Below, one piece after another: positions 1 to 9,666 of a stretch of DNA of 64,000 nt. A program made the translations under genes and the position numbers. The stretch spans positions 1,760,001-1,824,000 of the forward strand of contig OZ245011.1 in the NCBI GenBank assembly GCA_965223665.1, read 5' to 3'. The notes below the pieces were generated by a model. That model did not search any database. It was not told the origin of the DNA and was given only the letters and a program-made list of their open reading frames with translations. The DNA is from Nitrospinaceae bacterium (GTDB lineage Bacteria; Nitrospinota; Nitrospinia; Nitrospinales; Nitrospinaceae). Position 1 is the stretch's first letter. Each line of letters opens with the position of its first letter.

Positions 1-616
1 GTCCAACGACTTCACGCCCGATTCCAATAATTTTAGTTTCACCGGTTTGTAAGTACTTTGATAAATATTCATCATGCTCGGAGCGCCAGGGTTCAGGCAT
101 TAATAGGCTTACATTTTTATTCAGAATCTCGGACTCGTTGTATTGAAATAACTTCTGAGCGGCGGGATTGATCGATTGAATTTGCCCCCTATGATTAATG
201 GTGACGATACCGTCGACGGATGTATTGAGTACCGCTAACAACCGAGCTTCATTGGCTAAATGGATGGCATCATCCTTAATAATTTCATTCCCTCTTTGGA
301 AAGCAACGGATAAACCGGCAGTGACCCAAAGGACAAACAAGGCCAACCCACGGTTGGTTAACACTTTCCAATCTTCCCCTCCGTTGGGAGAGACAAAGTA
401 TCCCAGGACGGTGAGTGCCGTTCCCAGTGAAGCTCCCACAAATATATAGAAAGGTTTTCCAGGGTATAAGGAGAACAGAACCAGAAGTGTATAGAGCACT
501 CCACTCGCCACTCCCAATTCCACATTGATATCAAATAGAAAAATACTGAGAGAAAACAGATATAGAGAAAGATAGTAGAGGGGTTTGTTAAATGATTTTT
601 GAAAGGAATCGACCAT
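1..616 (-). CDS. Membrane-bound PAS sensor protein, N-terminal part; runs off the window edge (probably a histidine kinase or cyclase)
   Basis: Not in the ORF track. Manual translation from ATG at 616 gives MVDSFQKSFNKPLYYLSLY..., about 4 TM helices, then a FixL-type PAS (AVLNTSVDGIVTINHRGQIQSINPAAQKLF...LLMPEPWRSEHDEYL...IIGIGREVVG). Confidence 0.85.
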   Translation of the reverse strand, partial: MVDSFQKSFNKPLYYLSLYLFSLSIFLFDINVELGVASGVLYTLLVLFSLYPGKPFYIFVGASLGTALTVLGYFVSPNGGEDWKVLTNRGLALFVLWVTAGLSVAFQRGNEIIKDDAIHLANEARLLAVLNTSVDGIVTINHRGQIQSINPAAQKLFQYNESEILNKNVSLLMPEPWRSEHDEYLSKYLQTGETKIIGIGREVVG

Positions 617-822
617 AAACGTTTTTACTGAATTGGGATTTCATTTAAATTTTGAAAGTCGAAATTAAAACAGAGCTTAATTCCAATTTAAAGGCAAGGA
701 CAAAGAAAGTAAACGCTATTTCTGAATATCTTATGGAAAGAGATTGATATTCCCCAATCAGGAGGATACAACAAGAGGTGGAATCATCACAAGTTCATGG
801 AGTTTTTTAGTAGGCGTGAATC

Positions 823-1767
823 TTATTTTTTGAGAAATTCTTTTTTCTCTTTTTCACTCCACCACCAATAATGGTCAGTCGTTTCATCTGCATAAAACCC
901 CTCGAATAATTCATGAGGTTTAATTAATTTCGCTACTTCTTCCTTGGCGCAAATCAAAGTAAAAAAACTATCCCAATCCACAATGAACAAAACCGACTTA
1001 TCGACAGTAAAAAATTTCGTTGGCCAAAGTTTTTGCACCAAGATATTTAATACCGAATTATCAGGGTCTATCATATCCGAAACTGAAATAATACTTTCTT
1101 CCAAATTAAATTCATCTCTTACTATAACCTCACCGACCCCGGCTCTTTTTAAAGCCTCTCCAAAACCTGATTCCAAAATAGGTTGAAATTCACCTTCTGT
1201 CGGCGGGTAAATTCCATTTTTACTACAATAATTTTCTAGTTTTTCAGCACCTGACTCATCTGAAAATTTATTATTGAGCGCCAATATTGTGGTGAGCAAG
1301 GCTCTATAAAACTCTTCTAATGAAGAAAAACCAATTCCGCTCATCATAGATTCCCAGCTAATTGACTTTCCTTCCTTTTTAATCGTATCTCTAAAGTCAA
1401 TCGGTGAATCATTAGGATCTATTTTCGGTAAAGAAGTGATCAATTTGCTTCGTTCTTCATCGGAATAATCCGATGCTCGATGAACACGAGTTCCATGGCG
1501 ACAGGATTCAGGATGATACCCTTCAATAGTGCAAAATGGATGGAAGGCTATAAAGACGATCTGGTACACTCCTTCATAATTTTTCAAAAAAGGAGTGTCG
1601 TAATCCGGATAATCTATGGTTCGATCACACTCTATACTTTTATTATCATTTTCACTTCTTTTTGATTTGTATTTATTTGACCCAATCAGCTGCGCCAACT
1701 TAAAAAATGAGATCCATCGTCTCAACCACTGCATGATTTTCTTTGTTACTCCACCTAATAAAAACAT
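823..1767 (-). CDS. Hypothetical protein, DUF2711-like
   Basis: 314-aa ORF. The motifs FIAFHPF, P-TEG and VDWDSFFT recall DUF2711. True start is probably downstream. Confidence 0.55.
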   Translation of the reverse strand: MFLLGGVTKKIMQWLRRWISFFKLAQLIGSNKYKSKRSENDNKSIECDRTIDYPDYDTPFLKNYEGVYQIVFIAFHPFCTIEGYHPESCRHGTRVHRASDYSDEERSKLITSLPKIDPNDSPIDFRDTIKKEGKSISWESMMSGIGFSSLEEFYRALLTTILALNNKFSDESGAEKLENYCSKNGIYPPTEGEFQPILESGFGEALKRAGVGEVIVRDEFNLEESIISVSDMIDPDNSVLNILVQKLWPTKFFTVDKSVLFIVDWDSFFTLICAKEEVAKLIKPHELFEGFYADETTDHYWWWSEKEKKEFLKK

Positions 1768-1809
1768 CTTTATTCAACCCACCCTGATTGAATCCCTTGA
1801 GTTAAACAA

Positions 1810-2001
1810 TCATTCCGATTCGCAGGTTTGATCCAGAATAAAATACACTGGGCAAAAGCTGGTAAAAGCGCTTTGCAAAAGCGTCAGCCCTAATACTCCA
1901 GGTATAATCAGCCAGACCGAATCAACCCAATAGCCCAATGCCGTTCCCAGAGCGACCACCAACCCCGCAACTCCATCGTGAACCCTTCTTTTTTTGTTCA
2001 T
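1810..2001 (-). CDS. DUF2892 / YgaP-like small membrane protein
   Basis: MNKKRRVHDG..., two TM helices ending LQSAFTSFCPVY. RBS GAGGGG precedes the ATG at 2001 (shorter than the track ORF). Confidence 0.8.
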   Translation of the reverse strand: MNKKRRVHDGVAGLVVALGTALGYWVDSVWLIIPGVLGLTLLQSAFTSFCPVYFILDQTCESE

Positions 2002-2062
2002 ATGACTTCCCCTCATTAACTTTAAATTGTTTGAATATTCTCGGAAACTTTGTTTAGAAATT

Positions 2063-2698
2063 TCAAAAAAACCTAGAGAACGCTTGCCCAATATTTTTCA
2101 TACAATTTTCTGTGGATCCTTCTAAGTTTATCTCCACTTCAATAAGGTCTTTTCCTCTACCCAAAATGCAAAAAGCAAAAAGTAGCGTTTTATCTGTGCT
2201 TTTGAAATTGCTTTTTAAATCCTCGAATGAAGACACAATTTTTCTACAAATAGAGCGCATGGTACCCCGATCAACATTATAAATGGTGTGAAACCACATA
2301 CCATCCAGTCCCTCTCGAATAAGTTTTTCAAAATCTTTTTTAAAATGTTCTTTAGGTGGATTATGCGCCTTGAGTTCAATATTGACTATTTTGGAATCAG
2401 GGGAAGAACTGGTATAAAGACTTAAATCGGAACCTCCGCTTCGGTAGCCTTTCCCCTTTTGTTGATATTCTTGTTGAGTCGGGGTTTCAATAGAATAATA
2501 CCAACAGGATTTCTCCAGTAACTGGCAAAAAATAACTCGGGATTCCTGTTCACTGATACGAACACTTTGATCTCTTTTTATTGGAAAAATCAATTTAGGT
2601 TTTTCTGAAATAATTTGCGAACCTTCAGAAATAGCCCATAGTCGCTTTGCTACTTCCTGGTTTAATTCTATGAGTTTTCTTTTTAAATCAGAGTCCAT
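2063..2698 (-). CDS. Putative PD-(D/E)XK nuclease-fold protein
   Basis: Motif series SEQE...YSIETPT...SDLSL...NIELKA matches the E...D...ExK pattern. Confidence 0.5.
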   Translation of the reverse strand: MDSDLKRKLIELNQEVAKRLWAISEGSQIISEKPKLIFPIKRDQSVRISEQESRVIFCQLLEKSCWYYSIETPTQQEYQQKGKGYRSGGSDLSLYTSSSPDSKIVNIELKAHNPPKEHFKKDFEKLIREGLDGMWFHTIYNVDRGTMRSICRKIVSSFEDLKSNFKSTDKTLLFAFCILGRGKDLIEVEINLEGSTENCMKNIGQAFSRFF

Positions 2699-2724
2699 TT
2701 TTGATTAGGTTAATCTTTTCTCTT

Positions 2725-3228
2725 TTATTTTAAAATTACACGCCACGCTTTAATTTTTGCATTCAGAGTATACCTGGCATTCGCTGGACTTGTGGAGGGC
2801 AGCCCCGTATATATCTTTTGTCTTAACGAGTCAGGCATATTGGGATAAACGTATTTCATATAAACTGCCTCAACTTTTTTCCCATTAAAGAAAACATTCT
2901 TTATCTTGGGTCTAGATCTATAAAATTTCTTAAAATCATTGCAAATTATTGTGGATTCAATAATATCTGAATCCAGGCTCGATTTCCGAGTACAAGTTTG
3001 TAACACATCCCAAAGAGCAATCTTATTTCCCAGCAAAATTTTCTTTCTGGCGGAATAGGTCGCTTCCTCAGGAAAGTTTAATATTTCCTTCATAATTTTC
3101 CAAAATGAGTTTCTGGGATGTGCATAGTATTCGTTTTTTGCCAATGATTCTTTACCCGGCATACTTCCTAAAATCAGTATTCGAGAATCTTTGTTAGAGA
3201 TATGAGGAAAACTATGAATACGACTCAT
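2725..3228 (-). CDS. DNA-deoxyinosine/hypoxanthine glycosylase (UDG superfamily, Mug-like/family 6)
   Basis: ILGSMPG, YYAHPRNSFW, IALWDV, FNG and LPSTSPANA motifs. Confidence 0.9.
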   Translation of the reverse strand: MSRIHSFPHISNKDSRILILGSMPGKESLAKNEYYAHPRNSFWKIMKEILNFPEEATYSARKKILLGNKIALWDVLQTCTRKSSLDSDIIESTIICNDFKKFYRSRPKIKNVFFNGKKVEAVYMKYVYPNMPDSLRQKIYTGLPSTSPANARYTLNAKIKAWRVILK

Positions 3229-3592
3229 AACAGGTTAAGTTCCATCACTTCAAAGGTTTTATTAGTTGTAACAGAGAAACGAGCGGTCCTTTATTTTGCC
3301 TTATTTTGAAGTTTTTTCTTAATTTTTCATCCTTCTATCCTCCAGGGTCAACGGTGTTTTTTTCTTTTATCTGATTTGGATTGAAATTTGAGTCCCGGGT
3401 TAAATTTGGTATATAATGGCACCATAAAATATCCATTGGAAATTAACTGCTATATATAAGGGAGCAATCCATTATAAAATCGTTTTTTGAGAGGCGGTTT
3501 CCCTGCTTTTGATTTCGCTTCCCCACGGATTCTGGATGCCCCTCAGCCGAGTCTAAATTTAATTCGTCACTTTTTGGAGGGAGGGACGTATT

Positions 3593-4429
3593 ATGAAAAA
3601 ATTATATTCCACTCTTTTCACTTTATCATTTTGTTTTTTATTGAGCACTCCGGTCTACGCGATCCTCGATCATTTTGACAATCCACAGGAAAGTTATTTG
3701 CGCGAAACCTCACCCGACATAAATTTTGGGACAGAACATATATTAATTGCGGATGGCGTATCGAAAGATCCCTACAACAATCTTGAAGGTGAAGTGGTCA
3801 CTTTAATCCAGTGGGATATTTCTTCCATTCCGGAAAATGCCACCATCACCGGTGTGACGCTTACCTTAAACTACACGGATTCCAGCACCGGGGATTACCA
3901 TATTTATTCGCAAAACAGTTCATGGATAGAAAACAGGGTCACCTGGAACGATTTGGATCCGGGCTCTACAGATCTGGGCACCGTTCCACCTGAAATTTTA
4001 GGCGAACAGGCCATTGGTTTGAATGTCAAAGGAATCGCCTTAGTTCAGGGATGGGTTGACGGTTCGATTCCCAATAACGGGTTCGTCATTCGATCCGCCG
4101 GAACCCAAAACGGAATTGATATGGATTCGAATCAATCAGACGGAATTCGTCCTACACTGAATGTGGTTTATGAGGGACACGATGTTCCGGGATGGGAGCG
4201 TGTCGAAGGACCCGCCGTTACCCTGCCACCTGCTTCTTCCGGAAAGTCGGACGCTACCTGTCCGCAGGGGAAAGTCGTTCTGGGCGGAGGTCATTTAAGC
4301 AATAATGACCTGGTGAATATTGATTTTTCTCAAGCGGAGGCAATTAACAATTGGTTGGTCCAGGCTCAAAATCCTACAAATTCTCATATTACATTCAAAT
4401 CCTGGGCCATTTGCGCGAACGAAAACTAA
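3593..4429 (+). CDS. Secreted DNRLRE-domain protein with small C-terminal disulfide domain
   Basis: Signal peptide, YLRE..PDINFG, WDISSIP, LVQGWVDGSIPNNG, and C-terminal CPQGKVVLGGG...AICA. RBS GGAGG. Confidence 0.75.
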   Translation: MKKLYSTLFTLSFCFLLSTPVYAILDHFDNPQESYLRETSPDINFGTEHILIADGVSKDPYNNLEGEVVTLIQWDISSIPENATITGVTLTLNYTDSSTGDYHIYSQNSSWIENRVTWNDLDPGSTDLGTVPPEILGEQAIGLNVKGIALVQGWVDGSIPNNGFVIRSAGTQNGIDMDSNQSDGIRPTLNVVYEGHDVPGWERVEGPAVTLPPASSGKSDATCPQGKVVLGGGHLSNNDLVNIDFSQAEAINNWLVQAQNPTNSHITFKSWAICANEN

Positions 4430-4684
4430 CAACAGGAAAGCTGTACATAAAATAGGACCCTTTCATTAAAAACCTCCTTTTTAACTGCCATTTAAACCTA
4501 TTTTCATTTTTATCCGTTCGCCCTATTTGACTAACTCCAGTTACGGTTTATAATCTTTCCCGGGATTAGTGATTCGACCTATTGTGTTTCGACAATTCAT
4601 TCAATTTTTATTCGTTGCAATTGGTTTTTCTCCCTTACGAAACTATTTTAAAATACAAACTTCAAATCCTTTTTTCAAAATGGA

Positions 4685-5257
4685 ATGACAATGCGAATCA
4701 TTTCGACTTATATCATTCTATTAATTTTAACCCCTTGTGTTTTCATTGGCTGCACCAAAAAAGTTCCACCTGAACCCGCGAATTATAATAAAAGCCACAT
4801 TGACCTGGCAATCCAAAGGGGCAAAGCATTGTATGAGGCCTATACCGCAGAACCGACAAACAAAGATGCCCTTTTCATTCAAAAAGCAAAAGATATCATC
4901 AAAAATTTTTGCGATTTGAATTATCGTGGACTAATTGTTATCCAAGACAATAAAAAGGTAGTTTATTTTATTGGAGAACCTCCCGCAGAAAATGATGTGG
5001 TTTTTGGAAGACATTTTAAAGTAAGAGAAAACGTAGTGACTCAATCAACTCTATCCTGTTTTGTTCTCCCAACTCATCCTAAATCAGTGGCTGTATATTC
5101 TTCGCATTTGCTTTCCAGGACACCCACCGAATATCATGTTTTTTTATCACTTTTACTGGAAAAACCCATTTATGTCTTTAACACATCAAATGAAATCTGG
5201 AGAATTGTAAGGGATAAAATCGTATTCATAGGAACCAAAGATCAGAAGAAAAAATAA
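4685..5257 (+). CDS. Hypothetical lipoprotein
   Basis: 190-aa ORF with hydrophobic N-terminus and lipobox-like FIGC. Confidence 0.7.
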   Translation: MTMRIISTYIILLILTPCVFIGCTKKVPPEPANYNKSHIDLAIQRGKALYEAYTAEPTNKDALFIQKAKDIIKNFCDLNYRGLIVIQDNKKVVYFIGEPPAENDVVFGRHFKVRENVVTQSTLSCFVLPTHPKSVAVYSSHLLSRTPTEYHVFLSLLLEKPIYVFNTSNEIWRIVRDKIVFIGTKDQKKK

Positions 5258-5347
5258 GTAACAGATATTTTCTATTTTGAAAAAATATTAAAGCATTTCG
5301 GAGGTAATAATTAGTCAAATCTAAAATTTTTCTAAAGGAGGGGCAAA

Positions 5348-5875
5348 ATGAATATTGACAATATGAAAGACCTGGCTTCGATAGTGGAATCGTTAGTCAT
5401 AATGCTCACTCTGATGATAGCTGCCTATCAGATTTTTAGAGAGAGAAAGTTAAGAGCATTCCAATTGTATCAAAGCCTGGCTGAAAAATATTCCGAACTT
5501 TTATGGCATTCAAAAGATGATGCTGATTTAGACAATGCATGGAAACCCCTTTCTCCAAATTTAAAAAATGATATAGATTTTGCTTTGAAGAATAAAAAAG
5601 AAATTAACTGGCCGGTTTGGCATAGCATTGAAACTAAGGAAAAAAAAATATACCGATTTTCCCGGGCAGGATTGGAAATATTTGAACAGGCCTATTTAGG
5701 GAGAGGCCAGGGATGGGCCGAAAAAGAAATTTGGGAAAAATGGAAAATTTGGATGAAAGACTGGGAAAATACTATTCCCATGACAAAGTATGTTTTTGAG
5801 GAATGTAAAAGTTGGTTTACAAAAAGCTTTGTTGAGTTTTGGGAAAAAGAAATCAGGGAAGAGAGTGAAGGATAA
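5348..5875 (+). CDS. Hypothetical protein with single N-terminal TM and Trp-rich C-terminus
   Basis: 175-aa ORF with strong RBS AAGGAGG. Confidence 0.75.
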   Translation: MNIDNMKDLASIVESLVIMLTLMIAAYQIFRERKLRAFQLYQSLAEKYSELLWHSKDDADLDNAWKPLSPNLKNDIDFALKNKKEINWPVWHSIETKEKKIYRFSRAGLEIFEQAYLGRGQGWAEKEIWEKWKIWMKDWENTIPMTKYVFEECKSWFTKSFVEFWEKEIREESEG

Positions 5876-5974
5876 AAAACATTTATCTACCTGGTGATGG
5901 AAGGATTTTGCTCAAGCTTCTTTTTGATTAGCTCCTGAGCAAAAGGATTACTTAAAAAATTGTTTCAAGACTCG

Positions 5975-7330
5975 TTAATTTAACTTCTTCCAGGAAATGG
6001 TTTTGAAAGTGTCTTTGGTAATTTTCTTAAGATTTTCCAAAGCGGCACAGCTATGATAAATTTTTCCATCTCCATCAAATTTAATAGCAGCGGAATTGCT
6101 ACCGGAACTGGCGATGATCATCGCTCCATAAACTTCAGGACTTCCGGATCCATTATAAAATCTCCCCTGGCACTCCTGACAACCCCCTACAATGATAAGA
6201 CCATCCCATTGAAAATCTTCCTTGATCGCTAAAATATTATCAACCACCAGAATTCCATTTCCCATTAAATCGCCCCCACCCACAAAGGATCCGTTGGCAT
6301 GAAACACTCCCGGCTCGGATTCTGATCCTAAAATTCCGGTGGTCATTTCTGAAGGAAGAATTTGAATGTCTGGCACTGACAAAATTCTTTCACGCAATTG
6401 CTGTATATCTGTAGAAGACATGCTCGGGTTTTGCGTGCTTAAAGTATCTACCCCGGTTACATCATTAAGATCCGCAGATGTGGTTGCCGTCTTAGCTGCA
6501 GTCCAATAATCCCACAAAGATTGCAAAAAATTCATTAAATCCTCAGCGGTTTGAACCTCTTGCAAAGCACTCCAGTCAAACGAGGATAAATCCACCGTTT
6601 CACTGCTGTTTCCATAAGTCCCTATTTGAAGTTCAGAGGCAGTAGTGGCCACATCATTTATTGTAGAACAACCCGTATCAATTTCAGGACCTAACGACCC
6701 ATGGGTGGTCCCTTGCCCACTAACCAAAAAATCTGTTCCTTGAGGATCCATTCTCGCGGTATCGCTTACCAGAGAAATAGTTCCCGGAATTTCGGGAATG
6801 TCCAAATTGATTTTTCTCACCTTAGCTTCCAAATGTTCAGACATTCCTTCGGAACTTACGCCGATCGCGTCGATCAAAATGATATTGTCCGAATCCCTCC
6901 AAATGTCTCCGTCGTCCCTATTGTCCGTAATTCTTGTATAGTACTTACCATCATTAAAATTCACTTTGGTGTAGTTACTGCCTTTAAAGTTCTCTATGGT
7001 ACCTACGGAAGGAAACTGGCCATTATCCGCCACTAAAACCTTATCGCCGTCTTCACCCGCCAATGCCTTATTAAAATCCTGATCCCGTACAATAGACTTG
7101 GTATGCTCCAATCCTGCTTCCGCAATATAAAAAGCTTCTTTCCCCTGTTCGTTGGCGCTGGTTTGTTTGATTTCGTTGTTGGTCTGCATTACCATTATGG
7201 GAACCACAATCGAAACTACCAAGAGTAGAAGTAATACAACAACAAGAACGGATCCTCGATCATCCTTTAACTTTTGACTTTTTCCTTTAAAATACCCGGA
7301 AGTTTCTAATAGTAATCTCACTCTACCCAT
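5975..7330 (-). CDS. pilX: PilX-like minor pilin
   Basis: RGSVLVVVLLLLL (no E5) and AFYIAEAGLE PilX N-terminal motif. Third gene of the cluster. Confidence 0.8.
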   Translation of the reverse strand: MGRVRLLLETSGYFKGKSQKLKDDRGSVLVVVLLLLLVVSIVVPIMVMQTNNEIKQTSANEQGKEAFYIAEAGLEHTKSIVRDQDFNKALAGEDGDKVLVADNGQFPSVGTIENFKGSNYTKVNFNDGKYYTRITDNRDDGDIWRDSDNIILIDAIGVSSEGMSEHLEAKVRKINLDIPEIPGTISLVSDTARMDPQGTDFLVSGQGTTHGSLGPEIDTGCSTINDVATTASELQIGTYGNSSETVDLSSFDWSALQEVQTAEDLMNFLQSLWDYWTAAKTATTSADLNDVTGVDTLSTQNPSMSSTDIQQLRERILSVPDIQILPSEMTTGILGSESEPGVFHANGSFVGGGDLMGNGILVVDNILAIKEDFQWDGLIIVGGCQECQGRFYNGSGSPEVYGAMIIASSGSNSAAIKFDGDGKIYHSCAALENLKKITKDTFKTISWKKLN

Positions 7331-7332
7331 TA

Positions 7333-8349
7333 TTAATGATTGTTCCTCACATTGACCGTATTTTCAATCGTATTAGTTTTTTCAGGATTCTCCGGATCAT
7401 ACAGGGTCATGCTAATTTCGATTTTTTGAACATCCGAAGGGTTCGTCGTCACTGTATCGGTAGCATCCTTATATACTAGTTTAAAGTCACTAACATTATT
7501 AACAATAGGAATTACGCCTTCTTTCTCAGATTTTTGAAACACCTGATGATTTGTCGAGTCAAAAGCAATCTTATATACATCGTATTTACTGACAACTATA
7601 GAGGCGCCTGCTGGGAATGTTTCAGAAAAACTGGGGCTTACAACCATATAGTTTTCCGTTGTTGTAGTGGATGTCGTAGATTCAGTGGTTGAATCCATTG
7701 TTGATTCTGAAAGCGCGGCTAAATCACTGTCCGTGGCATATGCTGTATCCATAGTACTTGTGGTAGTGGTTTCTTCCGTTGTGGGACAAATTGTTTGTTG
7801 GGTTTCTGCATCATATTTGCAAAGATCGGAGGAGGTTCCGGATGTGCCTCCATCGGTAGTTTCACCTGAACTGTCACTTGTTTCTGTAGACTGAATATCT
7901 GTAATCTCTACGTTTTCGTAGACCAGTTGACCTTCATCCGCAAAAGCGTTATAAACCAAAATAGTATCGCCGACTTCAAATCCCAAAATACTTTTTACTT
8001 TCACCACATCCTGGTCGACTGCAATATCCCCCGCCAGGTTTGTGGAGACATCATCGCTATTCTTCCAATAAGTCAGTCCCTCCCCTGCAATTTCCCTAAT
8101 CCCTTCTTTAGGAGGAACGCCGTAACCAATTTCCATAAACTCATTTGTGATCCGGTTCACCGCAACATTCCCGGAAGAGTGACTGTTCATTCGGGACATT
8201 TGCTTTTGCATAATATCGCCACTTTTAAAAAACATGGCATACCCGGCGCCTAGAATTACGGCTCCAATTGCTATGGATACCATTAATTCTGTGAGGGTAT
8301 ATCCCTCTTCGCCGGCAAAAGCATTATGTTGTGGTTTAAAATCTCTCAT
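7333..8349 (-). CDS. pilW: PilW-like minor pilin with Thr/Ser-rich insertion
   Basis: Prepilin site G/YTLTELMV and C-terminal KIEISMT...VNVRN. Confidence 0.8.
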   Translation of the reverse strand: MRDFKPQHNAFAGEEGYTLTELMVSIAIGAVILGAGYAMFFKSGDIMQKQMSRMNSHSSGNVAVNRITNEFMEIGYGVPPKEGIREIAGEGLTYWKNSDDVSTNLAGDIAVDQDVVKVKSILGFEVGDTILVYNAFADEGQLVYENVEITDIQSTETSDSSGETTDGGTSGTSSDLCKYDAETQQTICPTTEETTTTSTMDTAYATDSDLAALSESTMDSTTESTTSTTTTENYMVVSPSFSETFPAGASIVVSKYDVYKIAFDSTNHQVFQKSEKEGVIPIVNNVSDFKLVYKDATDTVTTNPSDVQKIEISMTLYDPENPEKTNTIENTVNVRNNH

Positions 8350-8350
8350 C

Positions 8351-8752
8351 TCATTGACTGACGACGGTGTTTAATGATACCGAATCATCTCCTGCAGGAC
8401 CATTCCATTTGGCCATAACATTAATCGAAGTTAAGTTGCCCTCTCCACCATTGGAAATGGTCCAAGTTCGTTCATACCCTTCCAGTATATCGCTTCCACT
8501 ATCTGAATTTTCTAAGGCAGTGGATAACCCTTGGGTTTTCAATTCTTCTAATTTTTCCTGTACTAAATTAAGTGCGATGGATTTCTGTTCCGCTGCAGAA
8601 CTCTTACTGACCACATTGCCCTGTAAAGTCATAAATGCTGAAAACCCAACAGTTAAAACAACAATCGCCATTAAGCATTCGATTAAGGTATAACCGCTTT
8701 CATTCTTATTGGCTTGTTTGAAGAAGTTTTTAATTTTGTTTTGAGTTTTCAT
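8351..8752 (-). CDS. pilV: PilV-like minor pilin
   Basis: Prepilin site G/YTLIECLMA, QEKLEELK and YERTWTI. Start reassigned to ATG 8752, behind RBS AAGGA and downstream of the sigma54 site. Confidence 0.8.
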   Translation of the reverse strand: MKTQNKIKNFFKQANKNESGYTLIECLMAIVVLTVGFSAFMTLQGNVVSKSSAAEQKSIALNLVQEKLEELKTQGLSTALENSDSGSDILEGYERTWTISNGGEGNLTSINVMAKWNGPAGDDSVSLNTVVSQ

Positions 8753-8808
8753 GACTGTTTTCCTTAAAACGTTGTGTTTTCCATTTTTCACATATACACC
8801 CTTTCCAA

Positions 8809-8824
8809 AGCAATGAAGATGCCA
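8809..8824 (-). promoter_or_regulatory. Sigma54 (-24/-12) promoter of pilVWX
   Basis: Minus strand TGGCATCTTCATTGCT has exact GG-N10-GC spacing and lies ~57 nt upstream of the pilV ATG. Confidence 0.75.
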
Positions 8825-9666
8825 ATTGAAAGAAAATGGGGCTAATGCCAAAACGCAATTTTCTAAAAGGGCTTTTTAGTTAGAATCTAATTATTAGGTT
8901 TACACCCTTGGTAAACCAACTATTTCAAGGGCTTTAGGGAATGCACCCTCAAATAGAGACAATATTTGTCAGGACTGGGACCGTAAATTGTTACAGAATT
9001 TCTCGAATTTGCGATTTGGGGTAATTCTAATGAGAGGAAGTTAGTCAATCTGAGAAAAGTATGAGTTGGTTCTACATATGTAGATTGAAAATAAGGGTTG
9101 ATTGTTGCAGAGTTGTAAAAAGCCGCGCCGATTAATTTAATTCTGAACCAGTGCTAGCAAAAAGGTCAAATTCCATATAGAAAAATTTGTATTAGGCATG
9201 GGAGCAAAAAATGGAATCCAGGTCGGCTCCTTGATTTTGGCCGAAATACTATTTCTGAAATGGTGACCACCCAATGTATCAGGTATGTTGGGCTGGGGAA
9301 GAACAAGGGAATTGTATTGTAAATAGAGAGGCATGAATATTAAAAAAAGAGTACCAATCAAAAATAGTTATTAAAGCCTTTTTGGGGAGGATTTCACCAT
9401 TTACTGGATAACTTTATTCACCGGGACACCAATGTAAGAAAATTTTTTTTAAATTAAAATTGTATAAACCAAATTTCCTATACCACAAATAAAGTCGTTC
9501 TTCTCTTAAGTTTTCAAATTAACCTACCACGAGCGGATGACAGAATTGCCCGATTTGGCAAATTTTTAATTTCTCTGTAAGCTTTAATGATTTTCCTCGA
9601 CTTTACACTAAGGATAGTTATATTCAATCCCACCAAAACAATTTCAAAACAAAAAAAGGAGGAACT

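Noticed and set aside
198-449. 83-aa plus-strand ORF
   Set aside because: Antisense shadow of the real minus-strand PAS sensor gene. The same reasoning applies to the many short ORFs nested in long genes.
3426-3464. TATATATAAGGGAG resembling the shared promoter tail
   Set aside because: No GAATAAA at the 15-bp spacing and no operator palindrome.
9137-9361. 74-aa minus-strand ORF
   Set aside because: No RBS or recognisable motif, and a non-ATG start in AT-rich intergenic DNA.
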